From NCBI GenBank assembly GCA_030550585.1, contig JAUQPB010000001.1, forward strand, positions 224,001 to 288,000: DNA of 64,000 bases. Reading direction: 5' to 3'. How positions within the stretch are numbered: the first letter of the stretch is position 1; each line of letters opens with the position of its first letter. Shown piece after piece: positions 50,979 to 62,789 of the stretch. Source of the DNA: Thermoproteota archaeon (GTDB lineage: Archaea; Thermoproteota; Thermoprotei_A; Sulfolobales; Ignisphaeraceae). Below the pieces are notes generated by a model, which was not told where the DNA came from, searched no databases, and was given only the letters and a program-made list of their open reading frames with translations. A program made the position numbers and the translations under genes.

Positions 50979-51030
50979 GCAACAATTGCCGATGGCAGTC
51001 CTTGGCGACTCCAAGAGTTTTAATGCCTAC

Positions 51031-52059
51031 TCAATTATACATCTCCAATACCTTTCTAACTGCTTCTCTGTGAAGAGGTGTTTGCCAAGCTACATATCTG
51101 CCAATGCCAAGCTCAAGATCCTTCTCAGGCGGTGGGGTGTCCACCCAAAACCATGGATCTCTCTTAGACAGCAGGTATACTATTAAATTCCTCTCAATAA
51201 GTTCATCAACAAGCTCTTGGGGGGTATCCGGCTCCCACAAAACATCGGGATCCTCAACCGCTTTTTCAAGTAACCTCTTCCATTTAGCCACAAAACTAGG
51301 GGTTATGTTTTTTCCCTCAACAATTTTCTCAACAACCTTATCGATAATCCAATTGGCTTTGTATAATTGCTCTAGATATCTTGGGTTTCCTCCTGTCATT
51401 CTCCAAATATATTCGAAGTCCGGTTTTGGATCTGGCAACAGGTTATAGAGCTGTTCAAAGCTGTCCCTCCCCATATTCCACATTGGTTTCAGATCTGCCC
51501 AGTCGTGTTTGCCTATCTCCCTTCTTGAAATGCCCTCGCTAGTAGCAACAACTGACACAATTCTCTCATATTCTCTAGGAGGGTGTTCAAGCAAACCGAG
51601 AAGCCCTTTTACATATGTGGCCGATTTACTTATCCCTATATCCTGAAAAATATCATCTACTAGGATAGCTATTCTTTTTGACCCATGCTCGACTGCTCTT
51701 CTGGCAAAGTCTATTACGCTCCAAGCAATATTTGCAACCATATGCTGTCTGCTAAGCTCCTCAACTAATCTCAGAAAATCCCTCTTTAGATCATGGAGTC
51801 CAAGCTCAACAAGAACATCTCTCTCAACAGGGTTAAAGTATATGACATCAAAGCCCATATCCTTTAAAAGCTCTGCTGATTGTCTAAGCCAAGCAGTTTT
51901 ACCACAACCCTCGGGACCAAAAACAACTTGAACAGGGTAAGTACCCCTTTCAGCCCACTCAAAAACTCTTTTCAAAGCCGACTCCCTATCAACAAAATCG
52001 ATTGTCAAGCCGGCAAAGGGAAGCTTAATCCTCCTCATGACTGCAAAACCGCTTTGCAC
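51031..52059 (-). CDS. archaeal ATPase (ATPase_2-like crenarchaeal paralog family)
   Basis: FVDRE, GPEGCGKT, LVDDIFQ, TGGNPR and AWQTPLHREAV. Confidence 0.85.
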   Translation of the reverse strand: MQSGFAVMRRIKLPFAGLTIDFVDRESALKRVFEWAERGTYPVQVVFGPEGCGKTAWLRQSAELLKDMGFDVIYFNPVERDVLVELGLHDLKRDFLRLVEELSRQHMVANIAWSVIDFARRAVEHGSKRIAILVDDIFQDIGISKSATYVKGLLGLLEHPPREYERIVSVVATSEGISRREIGKHDWADLKPMWNMGRDSFEQLYNLLPDPKPDFEYIWRMTGGNPRYLEQLYKANWIIDKVVEKIVEGKNITPSFVAKWKRLLEKAVEDPDVLWEPDTPQELVDELIERNLIVYLLSKRDPWFWVDTPPPEKDLELGIGRYVAWQTPLHREAVRKVLEMYN

Positions 52060-52236
52060 TACTCCTATACTCCATAACTTTAAATACTACACAAATTTAT
52101 AAAGTATTTCTATGGGTGCCAAGAGCCTCAAGCTCACGGCTTCTAAGAGTAGCTCAACCTCTTCAAGAAGTTCTTTGAATAAATCAAAAGCCTTCTCACA
52201 ATACTTTATATGCTATAGCTTATTAGCAAATAATAA

Positions 52237-52737
52237 TCATTTAATATGCCCTACATGAACTGTGCTACTAATTTGTAGAATGGCTGGTTGTAGGCCAAGA
52301 AGTTCGAATGATTTTAGGACGTGTTCTATACATTGTGTTTCACTGCAAACGCATTTCAGTAAATGTGAAGGGGTCTTCTTATCTGTTGAACCAAAGCGTG
52401 GAACTGCAACCTGCCAGCATCCTATGTCAATGAGTGTTTCCGCGAATATTCTTTCCACATCATCCAATGTATTGACATAGATCGTCAGAAGGGGTACCAC
52501 CTCCTGCTTCGTGGTTAGGTAGTCTATGTGCCACCAGAGCCTCTTTTTATCTCTTCTAAGATGGTGCTCCAGCCTTGCTCTAATGCCTCCAGGGCCTCTG
52601 GCAGAGCCGACATATCCGTAGAGACCAGAGTCTATGCAAGGTCTGTTGAGAGACTCTATATCTAGGCAGATGCGCTTTGAGACATTGATAACTAGGATGT
52701 AGATTCCAGGGGCACTCAGATCGCTCACTATCCTCAC
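52237..52737 (-). CDS. DUF123 / GIY-YIG (Uri) superfamily endonuclease
   Basis: GIYIL, YVGSA, WHIDYL and FGSTD. Confidence 0.88.
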   Translation of the reverse strand: MRIVSDLSAPGIYILVINVSKRICLDIESLNRPCIDSGLYGYVGSARGPGGIRARLEHHLRRDKKRLWWHIDYLTTKQEVVPLLTIYVNTLDDVERIFAETLIDIGCWQVAVPRFGSTDKKTPSHLLKCVCSETQCIEHVLKSFELLGLQPAILQISSTVHVGHIK

Positions 52738-52795
52738 ACCAAAGATTTTGGCAATGTTGAAGCTATATTAGCAGAGAAAATGTTTTATACATATG

Positions 52796-52849
52796 AGATG
52801 ATGAGTGACTTCAAATCGGATAGGTGAAGAGCTCCATCCCTTACTGAAA
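52796..52849 (+). ncRNA. C/D box sRNA
   Basis: ATGATGA-gtgacttcaaat-CGGA-tag-GTGAAGA-gctccatccctta-CTGA. Confidence 0.8.
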
Positions 52850-52882
52850 AACTTTTATACTCTGAAAACAATAATTATGGTT

Positions 52883-52964
52883 GCCCCGGTTGCCCGTGCA
52901 AAGCCCCCGATGTCCCGGGGATGTGATGCGCACGGAGCGGGTCACCCCCGGCATTCTACCCACA
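52883..52964 (+). ncRNA. GC-rich structured ncRNA candidate (H/ACA-like?)
   Basis: GC island with nested stems ccgtgc/gcacgg and ccccg/cgggg; TTTTATA 24 nt upstream; ends in ACA. Confidence 0.5.
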
Positions 52965-52980
52965 AAACTACTGCTCTAGC

Positions 52981-53808
52981 TCATGCCACTGCTTTGCATA
53001 TTCTGATAGCATCTCTTTTTCCAATTCCAAGAACGTTCTTCGCAGATCCTTTGTTCACCGCCAGTTCGGCTAGATGAAAACTGTTTTCATATAGCACAAT
53101 CTCACCCTCTTTAACTACGGAAAACACTTTCTCTACCCTAGCCTCAAATCTCCTATTACCTATGAAAATCGATACCGTGTCCCCCAAGCTTAGGCCAAGA
53201 GCCTTAGACAAGTCGTCGAAGAATGCTGACAGCATTACATTGCCAAACTTGTCTATGTATATCGCCTCCAATTCCAGGCATCTCTCATCCATTTTCTTTA
53301 TTTTCATTGCTATTCCAGGTTCTTTTAAGCTATCAACCGGTTGTGGAGAGCCAAAAGAATTTGGAGGTGTGCCGCATGCTAACCATGAGGCAACGGGTGT
53401 GAATATGTCTCTTCCGTGGAATGAACTTGAAACAGGTTTTCTGAAATACAAATCGTTTTCAAGAGCAAAGACAGCCTCTATACCATCATCTCTAGCCGCT
53501 AGAACTAAAACGCCGTTGTCTGGGCCAATAAAGTAGTAGTTTCTGGTTACTATGAGTAGAGGTCTTCTGGGGCTACCAACACCCGGATCTACAACAACGA
53601 CAAATATCGTTCCAGCTGGGTAATACTTGTACGCCATAAAGAGGGTTAGAGCGGCATGGTCTATGTCAAAGCTCGGAATAGAGTGTGTTATATCAACAAC
53701 TCTTACATGGGGGCAGATATCTAGGGCAACGCCCTTCATAGCAGCTACATATGGATCCTCGTATCCGAAGTCTGTCATCAAGGCTATTACTCCACATGAC
53801 CTCCTCAA
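52981..53808 (-). CDS. SAM hydroxide adenosyltransferase (DUF62, chlorinase/fluorinase family)
   Basis: MTDFG..YVAAMKG, VVDPGVG, GPDNG, FHGRDIF and IDKFGN. Confidence 0.95.
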   Translation of the reverse strand: MRRSCGVIALMTDFGYEDPYVAAMKGVALDICPHVRVVDITHSIPSFDIDHAALTLFMAYKYYPAGTIFVVVVDPGVGSPRRPLLIVTRNYYFIGPDNGVLVLAARDDGIEAVFALENDLYFRKPVSSSFHGRDIFTPVASWLACGTPPNSFGSPQPVDSLKEPGIAMKIKKMDERCLELEAIYIDKFGNVMLSAFFDDLSKALGLSLGDTVSIFIGNRRFEARVEKVFSVVKEGEIVLYENSFHLAELAVNKGSAKNVLGIGKRDAIRICKAVA

Positions 53809-53810
53809 CT

Positions 53811-54404
53811 TTATGCACCAACAAAGAGCTCTCTTTCAAGCCCCTCTATAAGCGCTGCTATAAACAATATTGCCATGGATACGGCTACTAGGAAGAGGTA
53901 GTACTTAACCCTCTCCTTATCAATATTTCTCTTGAACATGTATATCATTAGCTTTGACGAGGCTACAAACGTTATTGAATAAGATAAAAACTCGATGTAT
54001 GTATGAGGAGAAATAAGAAGTATTGCAAGGGCTGTAGCAAGAGCTGTAAAGAGATCTACACCACCAATGCCCACAGTGGTTAGTTGCATCTCCACAGCTA
54101 TTCTAAGAGCCCATGCAGTTGATAGCAACATCATAGGATATACAATAATGTTTAGAACAGGTATAGCAAGCATGACATTAACTTGTGCATTGTTACTAAA
54201 TATAGCTAATGTGATTTCCCCCAAGCTACTAATATTGGCTATGCCCTCCATCCTCTTTATCTCATCCCTTAGCGCATCTACAAGCTGTGGAGGAACATCT
54301 ATGAAGAGGACAGCTATAGAGAAGAAGATTATTGTGGCCACCAAAACCGCTCCAATTATAGGCAAGTCATTTGCAAAATAACTTAAAATACCCATGCCAC
54401 ACAC
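53811..54404 (-). CDS. SpoIIM/DUF95 family membrane protein
   Basis: IFSNNA, PHTYIE and IAALIE. Confidence 0.8.
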   Translation of the reverse strand: MCGMGILSYFANDLPIIGAVLVATIIFFSIAVLFIDVPPQLVDALRDEIKRMEGIANISSLGEITLAIFSNNAQVNVMLAIPVLNIIVYPMMLLSTAWALRIAVEMQLTTVGIGGVDLFTALATALAILLISPHTYIEFLSYSITFVASSKLMIYMFKRNIDKERVKYYLFLVAVSMAILFIAALIEGLERELFVGA

Positions 54405-54445
54405 TCATTGACTGTTAAAAGCATTCAAAAGGTTTATATACTATC

Positions 54446-54781
54446 ATGGCTTGCTCATACAAAGAAAAGATGAGGATATTCAAGGACTTTTGCCTTAAAA
54501 ACCTTGATAAGATTGGTATCGGCGAAAAGGCATTTTACTATATATGGAGATATATAGTGATAGAACTTGACAAACTAATACAGATATGCAAAATCGAAGA
54601 TGATATAGCTGATAATTGCGGTAGAGAAAATTTAGCGAAGTTGCACAACGCAGGTAACAAACTCTTGTACGCTCAATACTCCTCTGTAAGCAATAAGGAG
54701 GTCATTGAAATTCTCCAAACTATTTGTAGATGTGTTGAAGAGTCTTGGCATAGGATAGAAGGTAAGTTAGAGATGTGCTAA
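54446..54781 (+). CDS. hypothetical protein
   Basis: 111-aa ORF preceded by TTTATATA. Confidence 0.5.
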   Translation: MACSYKEKMRIFKDFCLKNLDKIGIGEKAFYYIWRYIVIELDKLIQICKIEDDIADNCGRENLAKLHNAGNKLLYAQYSSVSNKEVIEILQTICRCVEESWHRIEGKLEMC

Positions 54782-55185
54782 CTTTTCTTTCTAAATCTTG
54801 TCTGGCCTATCTCAATAGCCTTTGCAATGTCGCCACCAGCCTCAACAAGGAGTTTCCTAGCCTCCTCAGCCCCGATGCCAAGGTACTCAGCAACAAATTG
54901 AACATCTTCGCTCGAAATATTTACTATAGCTTGCTGGCTTGTGCCCTGGCCCATTACCTGGTTTGCTACTTGTGGCAATTGCTCCTCCCTAGCCTTGCCA
55001 GCTATGTAAAACATTTTCTGCCCGCTAAACTCCATTACCATAACCTCTGGATCTTCTATAACAATCCTCTTATCCTGCAACTCTATAACAGCTCTTTGAG
55101 CATTTTGTAACTGGTCTATCTTTATACCCATTCTCTTGAGTTGCCTCAACTGCTTTTGGAGCTCCCTTGGATTGACTGGAAACAT
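54778..55185 (-). CDS. nac: nascent polypeptide-associated complex protein
   Basis: NPRELQKQLRQLKRMGI and UBA-like EDVQFV..GDIAKAI; start at ATG 55185. Confidence 0.92.
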   Translation of the reverse strand: MFPVNPRELQKQLRQLKRMGIKIDQLQNAQRAVIELQDKRIVIEDPEVMVMEFSGQKMFYIAGKAREEQLPQVANQVMGQGTSQQAIVNISSEDVQFVAEYLGIGAEEARKLLVEAGGDIAKAIEIGQTRFRKKS

Positions 55186-55284
55186 TTTTCTCTCCTCATA
55201 ATACTTAAATATTGTGAGAGTAAAATAACTTTGTTTAACTGCTTTAGCCACATCTAAATCTACTGTGATGGCGGTAAGAACATC

Positions 55285-56565
55285 ATGAGGCTAGAGCTAC
55301 TGGTACTTGGGAGTGGTAGAGAGGTTGGCAGAGCTGCTATAGCTATTAAAAGAGATTCTGACAATCAGTATCTTCTCTTTGACTATGGAATAAACTTTGA
55401 TTTGGATGACAAGCCGGTTATGCCCCTGCCCATACAGCCAAATAAAATCAGGGCTATATTTATTTCGCATGCCCACCTAGACCATGTTGGCGCTGCACCA
55501 ATATTCTATGTATCGTCGACTCCCGCTATCTACTCAACTCTTTTAACAGCTCTACTAAGCAAAATAATGATTGCTGATATGCTTAGGCTCTCTGGATATT
55601 ATTTACCATTTGAGTATCTAGAGCTAGATACAATGATAAACAACATAAAAAACATTTCCTATGGCGATACCATAGAGATAGACAGCGCCTTGGTCAAGGT
55701 CTTTAATGCTGGTCACATCCCTGGAAGTGCAATGTTTAGGGTAGAGTTCAAAGACGGGGGCTCGGTGCTGTATACAGGAGATGTTAATACAATTGACACT
55801 AGAGTGACCAAAGGTGCTCAGCTAAGTGGTTTAGAAGCTGATCTACTTATCATGGAGTCTACTTATGGTCTATACGACCATCCTTCTAGGAACAGAGTAG
55901 AGGAGCTATTCATAGAGACTGTGAAAAGCGTTGTTGAAGATGGTGGGATAGTGCTCATACCGGCATTCTCGCTTGGCAGAGCACAAGAGATTCTGGCTAT
56001 TCTTGCAGATAGGATGCCACATTCAAATGTTTACTATGATGGGATGGCAAGAGATATTCTAGAGCTGTTTCTGCAATTCAAAGAGTATGTGAATCAGTAT
56101 CAACTCCTAGAAAAAGCTATGAGAATATTCACAGCTGTTAAAGGTTCTGATATGAGGAAGCAGATATGCAAAGAGAATGGCAGCATAATTGTAACGCCAG
56201 CGGGGATGCTAAAGGGTGGCCCGGCACAATACTATGTTAAGAGGCTTTACAGCAATCCGAAGAACGCCATAATTCTTGTTAGCTACCAAGCACCACAAAC
56301 ACCTGGCAGAAAACTTTTGACGGAAGGTGTTCTCGAGGATGGGGGTCCGAGGGTAAAGGCAAAGGTATTCTGGTTTGATTTCTCAAGCCATGCTGGGTCA
56401 TCTAATCTAGTTGAGATTGTCAAGAGCATCAAGAACTTGAAGAAGGTTGTTCTGGTACATGGAGGAGAAGACTCTGCTTACACACTTGGCTATAAAATAA
56501 AGGAGGCTACTGGAATAGATTTTGAGGTGCCTAAAACAGGTGATAACCTAGTGCTCGAGTTCTAA
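55285..56565 (+). CDS. beta-CASP metallo-beta-lactamase ribonuclease (aCPSF2-like)
   Basis: EVGR, SHAHLDH, AGHIPG, YTGD, MESTYG, FSSHA and LVHG. Confidence 0.92.
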   Translation: MRLELLVLGSGREVGRAAIAIKRDSDNQYLLFDYGINFDLDDKPVMPLPIQPNKIRAIFISHAHLDHVGAAPIFYVSSTPAIYSTLLTALLSKIMIADMLRLSGYYLPFEYLELDTMINNIKNISYGDTIEIDSALVKVFNAGHIPGSAMFRVEFKDGGSVLYTGDVNTIDTRVTKGAQLSGLEADLLIMESTYGLYDHPSRNRVEELFIETVKSVVEDGGIVLIPAFSLGRAQEILAILADRMPHSNVYYDGMARDILELFLQFKEYVNQYQLLEKAMRIFTAVKGSDMRKQICKENGSIIVTPAGMLKGGPAQYYVKRLYSNPKNAIILVSYQAPQTPGRKLLTEGVLEDGGPRVKAKVFWFDFSSHAGSSNLVEIVKSIKNLKKVVLVHGGEDSAYTLGYKIKEATGIDFEVPKTGDNLVLEF

Positions 56566-56568
56566 ATG

Positions 56569-57432
56569 CTATACAACAACATATTCTAGACCATGGCTCT
56601 TGGCAGCAGCTATGATGGCGTTCTTCATCTCACTCCTCATCTTCTCGATAACAACAAGCTGTGCATTAGGCGTCATCTCAATAGCCATTTCTGCAACGAG
56701 TTTCAAGTCTTCTACACTAAGCTCCTTTATAGCATAATTTGGAATCATATGCCCATAACACTCGCCTTTTTCCAACGCTCTTCTGGTAAATAGTGGTGCA
56801 TAGTGAGAGCCTCCAAATCCTATGGCTATTCTACATGGGGGCTTATCCTTTAAGGAATAGAACACCTTAATATTATTTCCAATAGCTTTTGCAACAACCT
56901 CCTGCGCCACAACATCTCTCCATTCATTCTCGCTACTGCCAATCTCAACAAACGTTATTGGTGTGCCTCTAACTGTTGGACCATGGTGTGTAACCTCATA
57001 GCTTACCGAGAACTTTGAGAGTGTGTTGTGGCTGTTCTTAGCTTTGTAGAGATCTTGTAGTATAAGCCACATTAGAACTGGGTTGGAAAGCGATAGCGTC
57101 ATTGGCTCACCGCCAAAATCGCTTCTCCTCCAGGGGTTTCCCGTCACATGGACAGTCAGACTTGGGATCCTGGCCTCCGATTGATGACGTGATGGAGCAA
57201 TAAACATGTCGAAGCCTTTTAGACTCTCTAGACTATTTAGGTATACTATCTCATCATCGAAACCTAGGAAGAGAGCTTCAACATTGCCTAAAACACATTG
57301 CTTAGACACTTTGGCTCCATATACCCCTCCACCAAGATCGGTACACATAGCATTTTCAATAAGCTTCTCTACTATACCGATAGCTGCTAAATCGCTGAGC
57401 GAATATATTATAGCTATTTTCATTAGCCACAC
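56569..57432 (-). CDS. dtdA: D-aminoacyl-tRNA deacylase (archaeal DTD2)
   Basis: SRHQS, LTVHVTGN, EVTHHGP, FVEIGS, GFGGSHYAP and GHMIP. Confidence 0.93.
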   Translation of the reverse strand: MWLMKIAIIYSLSDLAAIGIVEKLIENAMCTDLGGGVYGAKVSKQCVLGNVEALFLGFDDEIVYLNSLESLKGFDMFIAPSRHQSEARIPSLTVHVTGNPWRRSDFGGEPMTLSLSNPVLMWLILQDLYKAKNSHNTLSKFSVSYEVTHHGPTVRGTPITFVEIGSSENEWRDVVAQEVVAKAIGNNIKVFYSLKDKPPCRIAIGFGGSHYAPLFTRRALEKGECYGHMIPNYAIKELSVEDLKLVAEMAIEMTPNAQLVVIEKMRSEMKNAIIAAAKSHGLEYVVV

Positions 57433-57521
57433 ACTCTATAGACAAATAGACATAGGTTTAAAAACTGATAGACTACTGTGTAAAACCTCTTGATCAGTGC
57501 TTTGAGGCTGATGCCTACTCT

Positions 57522-58160
57522 ATGAACTATCAGGACATTGTCAGCGACTCTCTATCGATTTTATTGCGCTATGCATCAAAACTTGGAATACCGCCTGAGA
57601 GTGCCTATGTTGCAAAGGCTATGAGGATGCTTAGAGATAAGGGAGTTTCTCTAACCCATCTACTGGCCGAGATTCTGCTATGCAAATATCTTGTTGAAAA
57701 GGGTTTCTCATGTGACATAGAGTCTACTGTAGGTGATATGAAGTGCGATGTTTATGCCAAGAAAGACTCTGTTGACATATGCATAGAAATAATGTATTAT
57801 ACACTACCCCTAGATAGTATTGGTGAGTGGAGTAAATCAATAGTCTCTTCGCATATCAGAAAAATTATTAAGATATCGAGGAATAGAATAGCATTTGCAG
57901 CATTTGCATATCCAATTGGTCTTGTACCCATGATACCGCCGGAGGTAATAGATTCCCCGACAAAAGATGCTGTCAATAGGATTCTAACCAAATATGGTCT
58001 ATATGATGAAGCGCCAAATGCAAAAGACCTAGACTTTATCTCACCAATATACAAGATATATCTATTCGATTTACATACAAGAGAAGTGTATGAGCTTCTG
58101 CCAACGGCAGCAAAAAATCTTCTTTTATTCTACGAGTCTATAACCGGGTTCAGTATTTGA
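57522..58160 (+). CDS. hypothetical PD-(D/E)xK-like protein
   Basis: H..AE, DIE, CDVYA..CIEI pattern. Confidence 0.65.
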   Translation: MNYQDIVSDSLSILLRYASKLGIPPESAYVAKAMRMLRDKGVSLTHLLAEILLCKYLVEKGFSCDIESTVGDMKCDVYAKKDSVDICIEIMYYTLPLDSIGEWSKSIVSSHIRKIIKISRNRIAFAAFAYPIGLVPMIPPEVIDSPTKDAVNRILTKYGLYDEAPNAKDLDFISPIYKIYLFDLHTREVYELLPTAAKNLLLFYESITGFSI

Positions 58161-59808
58161 ATATAGCACCTGTATTTGCCGAGGTTACAAGCATTGAATA
58201 TCTTGATAGATAGCCACTAAGCTTCTTCTCTATGGGTCTAAATCTGGATAGTCTTTCTCTAAGCTCATCCTCTGTTATCAACAAATCTATTCTTTTGTTC
58301 TTCAAATCAATTCTTATCCTATCCCCATTCTCAACAACTCCTATGGGCCCACCCTCAGCTGCTTCTGGAGACACATGTCCGACTGCAATACCTCTTGTAG
58401 CGCCAGAGAATCTTCCATCAGTAACGAGAGCTACATCCCTGTCGAGGCCCATTCCAACAAGTACAGATGTTGCTGTTAGCATTTCTCTCATTCCAGGCCC
58501 TCCCTTTGGACCCTCATATCTGATCACAACAACATCTCCTTTAGATATATCACCATTCAATATAGCTTTAACAGCATCCTCTTCACAGTTAAACACCTTT
58601 GCAGTACCTTCAAAGAGGTAAAGATCTTCTGGCACTGCAGAGATCTTTATCACAGCACCCTTCGGCGCTAAACTGCCCTTCAATATCATTATCCCTCCTC
58701 TACTCATATACGGATTCTCAACAGGTCTCACAACATCTTCTCTTCTGTTGATGGCAGATGCTATTATTTCTCTAACCGTTTTTAAGGAAACTGTTAATCT
58801 ATCTAGGTGTATGAGACCCTTCTTGGAAAGCTCCTTCATAACTACTGGAACTCCCCCAGCCTCGTGAAGATCTTGTACATGATATGGCCCTGCAGGACTT
58901 AGCTTGGCAATTGTTGGTGTTTTCTCGCTAATCTCATCAAAGTCCTCTAAAGATAGTTCAACCCCTGCCTCATTCGCTATGGCTGTTAAATGTAGTACAG
59001 TGTTTGTTGAGCCTCCGAGAGCCATGTCAACTGCTATAGCGTCTAAGAATGCCTCTCTAGTCAATATCCTCCTCGCTGTTACCCCTCTCTTGACTAGCTC
59101 TACAATCATCATCCCAGTATATTTAGCTATTCTAATTCTCTCTGCCGAAACAGCGGGTGCTGTTCCGTTCCCTGGTAGAGATATTCCCATAGCCTCTGAG
59201 AGAATATTCAAAGTGTTTGCCGTGAACATTCCAGCACAAGATCCTACCCCAGGACATGCAACATTCTCCAACTCGATAAGATCGTTATACGAGATTTTAC
59301 CGCTTTTATAAGAGCCAACAGCTTCAAATACATCATGCAAATCGACATCTCTACCCCTATATCTTCCAGCAAGCATAGGGCCTCCGGAAATGAATATAGC
59401 CGGTATGTCAAGTCTGGCTGCAGCCATTAGCATACCGGGTATAATCTTGTCGCATGAAGCTATCAAGACAAGGCCATCGAATTGGTAAGCCTTTGCCATA
59501 ATCTCAACAGAATCGGCTATAAGTTCTCTGGATGGGAGAGAATACTTCATACCTTCATGTCCCATTGCAATACCGTCACAAAGTCCAATAGTATTGAATT
59601 CCAGGGGGGTTCCACCAGCGATCCTAACACCAATTTTTACAGCTTCTGCTATCTCCCTCAAGTGCTTGTGGCCCGGTATCACCTCATTCCAAGAGTTTGC
59701 AATGCCTATGATAGGTTTGGAAAGCTCCTCGTCTGTTAGCCCAAGAGCCTTGTATAAACATCTATGTGGCGTTCTTTCAATGCCTTCAACAGTTATCCTA
59801 CTTCTCAT
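58150..59808 (-). CDS. ilvD: dihydroxy-acid dehydratase
   Basis: CDGIAMGHEGM, CDKIIPG, GGSTN, GPGMREM, TDGRFSG and HVSPEA. Confidence 0.98.
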   Translation of the reverse strand: MRSRITVEGIERTPHRCLYKALGLTDEELSKPIIGIANSWNEVIPGHKHLREIAEAVKIGVRIAGGTPLEFNTIGLCDGIAMGHEGMKYSLPSRELIADSVEIMAKAYQFDGLVLIASCDKIIPGMLMAAARLDIPAIFISGGPMLAGRYRGRDVDLHDVFEAVGSYKSGKISYNDLIELENVACPGVGSCAGMFTANTLNILSEAMGISLPGNGTAPAVSAERIRIAKYTGMMIVELVKRGVTARRILTREAFLDAIAVDMALGGSTNTVLHLTAIANEAGVELSLEDFDEISEKTPTIAKLSPAGPYHVQDLHEAGGVPVVMKELSKKGLIHLDRLTVSLKTVREIIASAINRREDVVRPVENPYMSRGGIMILKGSLAPKGAVIKISAVPEDLYLFEGTAKVFNCEEDAVKAILNGDISKGDVVVIRYEGPKGGPGMREMLTATSVLVGMGLDRDVALVTDGRFSGATRGIAVGHVSPEAAEGGPIGVVENGDRIRIDLKNKRIDLLITEDELRERLSRFRPIEKKLSGYLSRYSMLVTSANTGAIFKY

Positions 59809-61395
59809 GGTCAGCCCCACCTGACCACTGTCTACCATGTTTTATGGTCTTTAAAACACTATAGTATTCTATACCGTCTATAAATGCTTTTGCAATAGCA
59901 TCGAATATGTTTAGTGAAAGTGCTTGGGTAGACCATGTGTATAGACTGTTGCTAAAGTTTATTGTAACTCTAAACATCTTGTCTTGGATAAGCATGATCT
60001 CCATATTCATCTTAAGCTCATCATCTATGGCATAAATCCTCTTCAACACATCGAATAGTGCGCTAACCAGAGCTCTCACAGGGTCCACATCAATAGCCTT
60101 ACCCACAACATTATCAACATCAGCTATGCCTATCGAGGTTCCAGCAGAGCTTGAGAATATTGTCCAACTGATTTTGTTAATACCATCGCTTTTATAGCCA
60201 AGCTCTTTAAGAGCTATTAGAAGTGCTGATGCTGATGCCTTATCGAATGTGTAGCCCTGCTTTTCAAGGTCTTTGATCCTTGTAATAATCCTCTTTATCC
60301 GTTCATCCCTCTTGTCAACCTCTATTCCAAATTCCTTAAGGAGAGCAACAATGTTGGCGGCCCCACTAAGCTCTGAAACAATAAATTTTCTTGTGTTGCC
60401 CACAAGCCCAGGATCTATGTGCTCATATGCTCTCGGGTTCTTCAAAACAGCGTCAACGTGGACCCCAGCTTTATGTGCAAATGCGAACTCCCCTACATAG
60501 GGCTGATATGGATTGGGAGAAATGCCAGTTATTCTATAGACAAGCTGAGAGAGCTCTCTAAGCCTCTTCAAGTTATCATCATTTTTAAGTATGTGTAGAC
60601 CCAGCTTATATCGAATAGATGGGATTATCTGGATCAGATCTGCATTACCTGTCCTCTCTCCAATGCCGTTGATAGTGCCTTGAACATGTCTAGCACCAGC
60701 GTATACAGCTATCAGCGTATTTGCAACAGCGCACCCCGAATCGTTGTGCATATGAACACCGACAACAGTTTTCACATTTCTAATAACATGCTTTACAATG
60801 TCGTAGACATCCCACGGCATCATACCCCCATTGGTATCGGCAAGGACTAACACCCTAGCACCAGCCTCTTCAGCCACCTTAAGCACGCTCATTGCATATT
60901 CTGGATCCTCTTTGAACCCCTGGAAAAAGTGTTCAGCATCAAATATAACCTCTATTCCATGTCTCTTCAGATAGTCTATAGTATCGTAAATCATATCCAG
61001 ATTCTCTTCCTTACTAGCCCTCAGAACCTCAAACACATGAAGAGTCCATGACTTGCCAAAAATGACAGCTGTATCGACATCGGCTTTTATTATAGCCTCA
61101 ACACTCTTATCTTGCGAAACAGGAACATCCTTTCTACGTGTACTGCCAAAGGCTGCTATTCTAGAGTTTCTCAATCCATATTTCTTTATCTCCTTGAAGA
61201 ACTCCTCATCCTTTGGATTGGAGCCTGGCCACCCACCCTCTATATAGTCAAAGCCTAGGTCATCAAGGGCTAAAGCAATTCTTATCTTATCTTCTAGTGA
61301 AATAGATACACCTGCTGCTTGAGCACCATCTCTGAGTGTTGTATCTAGTACCTCAACCTTGGATTTCTAAACCACCATTCACCCACGCTCACCAT
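59798..61395 (-). CDS. cimA: citramalate synthase (CimA/LeuA family); 5' end interrupted
   Basis: VLDTTLRDGAQ, EGGWPGSNPKD, FDAEHFF, HMHNDSGCA and FAHKAGVH; no in-frame start between TAG 61367-61369 and the DRE-TIM motif. Confidence 0.88.
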
Positions 61396-61450
61396 ACAAA
61401 ATTTTACGTTTTTTAAATGTTTAAATAGTATGATATTATGTTAGGGGCTT

Positions 61451-62766
<1,316 letters not shown>

Positions 62767-62789
<23 letters not shown>

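Noticed and set aside
52805-53077. 90-aa plus-strand ORF
   Set aside because: Runs through the C/D sRNA, the GC-rich RNA candidate and antisense to DUF62; likely spurious
61367-61369. pyrrolysine/amber read-through in cimA
   Set aside because: No pyl genes in the window, and all other genes use TAG as a normal stop; a one-base indel is simpler
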